NCBI GenBank assembly: GCA_002633005.1
Contig: NMRA01000787.1
Span: forward strand, 28,690 to 84,196
Direction: 5' to 3'
Source of the DNA: Phoronis australis
Taxonomy: Eukaryota > Animalia > Phoronida
Length of the DNA stretch: 55,507 bases
The notes beneath the pieces are model-generated. The model made no database searches. It was given only the letters and a program-made list of their open reading frames with translations, and was not told the DNA's origin. A program made the position numbers and the translations under genes. Positions 48,501 through 55,507 of the stretch are shown in pieces. Position 1 is the stretch's first letter, and each line of letters opens with the position of its first letter.

Positions 48501-51500
48501 TTCTTACACCCACTGGTCAGCTCTCACCACTTGAATCAATTCTTAGATAAAACCAGAACAGCCCTCAGACCTGTACTGCATACTAGTATTCATGCTTATG
48601 AATAGGCCTATTCTCTTAGAACTACACACAGGAAACCAGTTTTGCAAGCAGCCCATTGGATTCCCATTCACTTTCTTAACAGGGTCTATACACTTTCTAT
48701 ATTGACTGGAGACAATTTTCAAGTCAATCAAAGGTATCCCATTTAGACCACTGTTAATGATGGCAGACCTACATAATGTAAAAACAGCCATCTGCAGGAT
48801 ACCCCCCCCCCCATGAAAGCTAGGTATTCCAACTCAGTTCAACCATCGCCTCGAAATCAGCCAGTGTATCAGCCCACAGTGCCTTGCATTCTACTGCTTT
48901 TTCAGTTACCCTCAGAACAAAACCACAACTCAACATACCTTAAGGTTAACCTCTTCCTACCCCGGCAAGGGCTGAAGACACAATCAATATCTAGTCATTT
49001 CTTCCAGCTAGGCTCAGACCAAGATTACACGCCACTCAACTGTGAACCAGGTCTTCCACAATTAAAATTCCAGAAAACTGGTAAGCATAACAAACAGCTA
49101 AAAATAACAAAATGTACTACTTAGCAGGAAAGGCAACAACATAATGATTTGTCTGACTTAGCTACAAGACATAAGATAAATTGTGCACCCTTTGACTGAC
49201 TAGAGAGACATGAACTGGTTTACCTTAGACAAACAAATTGAACATTTTTGTAAGACATACCCAATACTAGTAGACAATGCTCAGGGTAAAACCTACCCTA
49301 GTCACACATGAGCAAATACTTCAGAAATTACAGTCATAACACTTTCAGTATTTTGTTAATATACAGTCACATGAAAATGTAATCATTACCTTACCTTCAT
49401 GTATGACATTATATTACAATGATCTTAATTATAATAATAATAACACAAAAATAATTATTCTAATCAAGTTCATTACTTCATTTATTTACCACTTAAAATT
49501 AAAGTGGTTTTCATCAAAAAAACAAAAATGTAATATAGACCCCTTGAACGGTCTTGACTTGTTCTGTAGTCAAACTAGAGGCGGTTTCATAGTTGTGAAA
49601 GAGTTGACAGTTTGCTATTGTTTCAGATCAGGATTTACAAGTTGGTTTGTCACAGCGTGTAATATTACACACTGAACAAGTCACGATCTCAAGGAATAAC
49701 GAGGCGCCGCGTCTTTGCAAATCTACAGTTATTTGGCCAAGTGGAATTTCACTTGTCCGTATTGTGTGTTAAAGTATGTGAAAAATTACCAGTCTACACT
49801 TCTTGGACAGATTTATAGCTACTTAGATGTCAGCTGATAAACTATAATCAACTATTAAGTATCATCGCCGTTATTGTTGTCGTCGTCGTCACCATAACAA
49901 CACCATGTTAGACATTGCCTAGCACATCTGCAAACATCTCTAAGTCAAAATGGAGGCTTTTCTCCCATTATGTTAAAAAAATCACTTTGCTTGCAAAGTA
50001 AATGATTACTCCCTGGTGGCCTCAGTAGTTGTCACATCTGTCACAAGCAAAAATACAGTGGAATCACTCAATATGTAAAAAATTGTAATATGCTGGTTAC
50101 AATTTAAGTTTACTAGTATGTACAACGCTAGAAAAATGTCAAAATTCTGAGAACTTGAGAACATCAGATCTCAGAAATGAGTGAGGGATTAACTGACAGT
50201 TTCAGATGATATCTTTCACTAGAATTCTCTGTTCTCCAAAATGATGTGAGGAACTGTTCTTACTATGTCTAATTTTGTAGGAGGGGCTATCAAAAACAAC
50301 ATTTTTATTGTTTTTATGAAAAATAAGTCGTAATATTAAAACAAAAACAAAATGATAATTTAGAAAACTGTAGTGTTTTTGAGATTTCATCTCCAGGGAA
50401 ATTTGATCAATGTTGTTTATATCAATGTTTTGCTGTCATTTTACTTTCTTTTTGCTACATTTTACTGAAAAGACAAGGTCACGTGGCCCAACTACCATAA
50501 TGGCAGATTGGTGAAAAATCAAATATCAAAAATCAAATTCTACTTGGTTTTTACTTTCAGAAAATATATACTTCATACCGAATTAAAATCTATAGTTGTA
50601 TACATTTTTGACTAAATACACAGACGTTTATGTAACTTTAAACAGTTTGTGCTTCATAAGAGTGACGAATTCATTGTACCCAGCTGCTTCAGAATAATTC
50701 TTAAAAATAGGTACCATAAAGCCTAATGACATTCTGAGAAAGACAACATGGAATGGCTGACAGGAAGTCACTAGGGGAATACTCAAGTTCACAGACATTG
50801 ATATTTCCACTTTGGTATGGTTTCATGTTTAGATATGCATGTGTAATTTATACAGAACATGATCGTTCAGTTCACAACTTGCTCTACCACTGAAATGGGT
50901 AACACGAGTCCCATTCACGTGTATTTTGAAATCCCAGAAACATTTCAGGAAAAAATACACTGGATTAATTCCACAAACGGTGGTGTTCCCAAAGGATTCA
51001 TGAATACTAGAAGTTAATGTTGCCCCTGTTGGCAGACAACGTGCAATCGGTGTAGTACAACACGAGACAGCACCACTGGTTTAACAGTATATGTTACAGA
51101 TCAGATCAAATTTTTAAGTTAATCAACAAACCACGTAGGTCATGAATATTTTTTCACAGTACCAATCCAGCAAAATTTGGTGTAACTCACAATCCCAGCA
51201 AATTTGTGTCCCAATGCGAAACATTTTTCCTAGTAAAATTTGCTTGAAAAATACATGCCAACTTTCAAATGGAAATGGCACAAAAGTTGACACCCAACTA
51301 CTGTAATACACATAGATTGTTGGGATCAGTTTGGGCCATGTCAAGAGGGACCTGTAGGCCAGTTTCAACGGGTTATGTTAATGCAATGCTGAGTCACCTT
51401 AGTATATCAAGCGCATGATGCACACAAAAAATGAGCACTGTTAAGCAGGCAAAAGTTAATTAATGATTTATTAGCCTATTAGCTTTAGAACTACAATATG

Positions 51501-51812
51501 TTTTATTAAATTGCAGGAAGTCACTTCTCATTACTTACTTACGGCGAAATCAACATTTGAAGCATTAACAAAAGCTAAAACACAAATAAAGTTAAATATA
51601 AAAGTTCACAAAAGACATTAACTATTCCCTGCTTGACTGTCTATCAACAGATTCAGCAGATAGATCAGCAAATTGAGTTTTTTCACCACCACCAGTTGTT
51701 CCTGAAGTGTTCATGTAATGGTAACTGTGCACCTACTTAACACACAATATGGCAGACAAGTGAAATATATTGTGTCAAATAGATTAAGAAAATTGGCAGT
51801 AGTGCCACTCTG

Positions 51813-52279
51813 ATGCAGAGTTTGTTAAAAACGTTACCACGTTCGTTGTTTGATAACTTTCTTTCTGCATTTTTCGTATTATCTAAAATACTCCTTGAGT
51901 GCAGATCACATCTGCGCGGCAGTTCCACGAGCGACGTCATTTAAAGAACAAAGACTAGAAAAATTGTTTTAAAAATTGTATTAGATCGCAATATGTTGTG
52001 AATGGTTTGTTATGTCATGACCTTTACTATGATGTCTCAGAACTCCCTGAGGTCTCATTTTCTTTCTTGCTGTCGATTAATGTAGTATGCATTCTAAGTA
52101 CTGCGATCGAATACAATTTTTATAACAATGTTTCTATCGTTTGTTCCTTTAACTATGTCGCTCCTGGAGCTACTCCACAGATGGGTTCTGCACACAAGGA
52201 GAATTTTTAGATAATACAAAAAATGCAGAAAGAAGTTATCTAACAATCAATGTCAAATCGCTTTTAACAGACCCTGCAT
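51813..52279. mobile_element. Foldback MITE: ~180-bp diverged inverted arms around a ~105-bp spacer
   Basis: 51813-51993 is the imperfect reverse complement of 52099-52279 (e.g. tttctgcatttttcgtattatctaaaa / tttttagataatacaaaaaatgcagaaa). Confidence 0.82.
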
Positions 52280-54171
52280 AAGAAAAATTTAATCTATTAC
52301 TAACGGAGTTTCCTACTGTGTAAATGTCATGAAGCAACATTTGGCCAAGTTTCTATTAATTAACAATAGGTTTACACAAGCTTACAAGCCTGAAAAATGG
52401 AAAAACGGCAATTTTGGAAATTAACTATTTTTTGTGCAAAATAAGTGGGGGTTTCATGGAAAGGCCAGTATGCTTACACTGATTGCAGCCAGAATTTACA
52501 CACCCATGAGACTGATCGTGTTAAAGAGGAATCACTAGGCTTATCCTGAGATGGCACAGCACCACTCTCACTCTTAGGTATTTACCCACAATGCAACACA
52601 CGTGTCATTAGCACTTGCCCTGCTTCTTCACATCCAAATGTACAAGTCACTATCTTTAATCTGTAGGCAAACTTATTTTGAGTTGCAAAGAATTGGCAAA
52701 ACAGGCAAATGTTAATGCCGGATGAACAGTGTTAAATATACTTCTTCCCTTGTTTATCAACTCTGGGATGCCTGACATTTTAAAAAGTAGGTCAGTCACG
52801 TCATGAATTTTCTACTTCACAAAAGAGCAGAGTTCAATCCAGGACTACATTTGCAAAAAGTCAATTTTGCCATAACACTAGAAGGAAGTGGTGTTATGTT
52901 TATAATCTCCACAGGCTGAGCTAATCATGTGAAAAAGAAAGCTCAGCCTTCAACAATGGAAAAAACAGTAGTTCAAGTCTCATCTTGTAAATGTACCGTA
53001 TGGTAAAACCTCACTAATCTCGCTAATTACGAACGGCGAAGATAACGACCAAAACTGACCATTTTTCATGATTTAAATTTCGTCTGATGGTACCTGTGGT
53101 ACAAAATTTGAATATGGAAAAGCATTAATTTGGTGCCACCTACATTGCGTGGGAAATAACAAAATATAATTTCACTAATGTGGGACATATTGTGTCCTAA
53201 ATGGGTGAGATTTTACGGTATGTTCTGAAAGTAAAGAACATTGATCACAGCCTCGTGTTCCAAAGGCAAGCTTACACACCCAGGTCGTTGACGTCACAAG
53301 CACACACAATTTGGCTTGCTATCACCTTATCAAAAACAAACTTTTGATTTGGGCCACTTAATGCTACAAAATTCTGGTCAATGTTTTCCTCAAATGCCCT
53401 AAAAGTCATTTTATTGTCTACATAAATATAATCCAGCTGACCTGACATCACTGATCTGGTAGCAAGCCATATTGCTTGACGCTCACAAATGGCAATCCAG
53501 GTCAAACTCTGATTCGTGTTTAGCCTCATCTCAAGAAATTTAACAAAGAGTGCCAATTTTTTCCAAGGTTAGGTACATTGGAATGCATGAAAATACACAA
53601 AAGGTTCATTTTTCCACCACCTGAACTTAACTCACATTCTTCACTTTGGTTGTCAGTCTTTCAGCCACTTTGGACAACAAGGGGTATGTTTTCACCAGAC
53701 CATAAAAGGCAACATAGTGCCGTGCCTTTAACCATGACAGTATTAGTTCTAAAACTAGTATGGGGAATGGACTTTGTTTTACTATTGCCAGTTAGGCCCA
53801 AAATTTCCCAATTGGCAACTTGACGAGTGGCTGCTTGAGCCAGCAGGATCCCAGTCTACGACAGTTTCTGAAAGTGCGTAAAGCACCACTGGTTGAAATT
53901 TTGTAGAGATTTAGCTAGACTTGAAACCTGTTTTGATAAATGAATGGATATTTAGTAACAATTTTGAGCATCAAAACTTCTGCGAAGACTGCAATTTTTT
54001 TGCTGTCACATGTTCATCTTGTAAAGTACTGCACACAAACAAGAGAGTGACAAGAATTGACAACATTGCCATTTGCCAAAAAGTTCCAAGATTACCCAAC
54101 CACTGGCTGCTTTTACAAAAATGTCACTTCCATAAAGGGTGAGACCCAGCATGCCCACTTTGCCAAAGTAG

Positions 54172-54258
54172 CAACAGTGTACCCACGATCAACAGTGCAC
54201 CCATGGTCAACAGTGCACCCACGATCAACAGTGTACCCACGATCAACAGTGTACCCAC
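54172..54258. repeat. 18-bp minisatellite, ~5 units
   Basis: caacagtgyacccacgat repeated; this explains the STVYPR repeats in ORF 54057-54431. Confidence 0.9.
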
Positions 54259-55507
54259 ATTGCTGCCCTTACGATTGTTGTTGTAGCATACTTCGGACAA
54301 GAGTAATTGCAAAAAAATGTTGTTTTTCCGTTCTTCAAAGACTTTATTCGCAAATAATGGAAAAATTACCAAAAATTGTTTTACATCTATTCAGTATACA
54401 AACCATGCTAGTAACAGATTACTTTTCTTAATTAATCTTCATTTACCAGTATGTGGAGAAATTTAATAAAAGATAATTTCACTTGTTATCCATATTATGT
54501 GCAGAACAAGCCAAATGTATTCATCAGACAAAATGACCTAGAGTTCCCCGTCATGACACTTGAGTGAAACCCAAAATTCATAGTGTGAATAGTCTTCCTT
54601 CATGAATTAACAGGAAAACGGTGGCTAAGCCATTCTTTTAAATTCACTGTCTTATAGTTATTACCAGTAATTTTTGCCCTCACAACAGAAAACAAATGCT
54701 TTTGGTCCGCTTAATTTTGTTTTGTGTTGAAAGTGAAGAATTACCTACCAGTATTTCATATTTGTCCACATTTTAGAAATGAAAAAGTGGGTCAACTGAA
54801 TCAAGGCCATACCACAATTATGGTTAATATCTGCCATGATACTGAAACATATCAACAGCATTTTTCAGTCACCGGTTCAAATGGAACAAGGGAATAGAGG
54901 TTAAAAGCATGTTAAAGGAAAAAACAGGAACATTCTGTTGGTGAGCTGGGCACATAGCTTCAAAGAGCAGGACAATGGGCAGGGTATGGTATTTAGTGGT
55001 TTCATTGCATTCCATCCAAGTTTCACGTGCATGAAACAGCATATACTCTGTCCGTTTTCCTGAACTGCACATGTCCAATTCCAGCCTCCAGTGCGCAGCT
55101 TGTTTTGTGCAAGTCAAAAAAAAAAACGGCCCAAGTTCCTAACTTTATTGACTTCCTTATTTGTAAAGTCACCCGGCGCGGCTGGGTTGATATTTGGGAC
55201 AGTAAGAACACAAACGAGAGGACCAATCCTAAATAACAATGTAATTGTTGGGAAGGCCTGCCATTGTTGGTAAGTTATTTGACATCATTTTAGTCAAAAT
55301 AGATCAGAGATGTCTAATCCAGTCTAGTCTCTGGAAAGCCATCAATAATACTAGGGCTGACCATGACTCTAAAGGTCAACCAAAAGTTTATTTTTCCAAA
55401 AGAATCCATCTTCCAGACACAGTTTTTGAAAACATGGCATGTGAAAAGCAAATTCTCTTGGTAGGACACCATAGAACAGGAATAAATTCTCACTTTTTAC
55501 AAGACCA

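Noticed and set aside
54057-54431. ORF with STVHPR/STVYPR peptide repeats
   Set aside because: Fully explained by an 18-bp minisatellite; no coding evidence.
44200-55507. Numerous 60-107 aa ORFs
   Set aside because: No domains, many non-ATG starts, composition typical of AT-rich intronic or intergenic DNA.

Overview
AT-rich eukaryotic DNA, animal and probably invertebrate (GT-AG introns, TE-rich), with three single-N joins at 20496, 33485 and 36128. Most ORFs in the supplied track are spurious. Region 1-26 kb is a transposon graveyard: decayed Sola-type DDD transposases of two kinds, a CACTA/EnSpm transposase, three different Ty3/Gypsy gag fragments and a spliced Tudor-like pseudogene. All recognisable coding fragments there lie on the minus strand, and much of the region is one composite unit present in three diverged, rearranged copies. 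Region 26-38 kb holds a Penelope-like element (PLE) fragment, a decayed spliced gene head-to-head with a frameshifted THAP exon, MITEs with 5-6 bp target duplications and two assembly-overlap duplications. The only intact-looking host gene is on the minus strand (exons 43842-43695 and 39446-38362; 410 aa) and encodes an N-myristoylation-motif / beta-propeller-like / SOCS-box protein. Its intron contains a PLE 3' end with a near-canonical minimal hammerhead ribozyme. I see no demonstrably new system. The best leads are the uni-strand TE cluster (piRNA-cluster-like), the Tudor-domain genes associated with the transposons, the SOCS-box adaptor and the hammerheads. All family calls come from motif recognition by eye, not from database searches.
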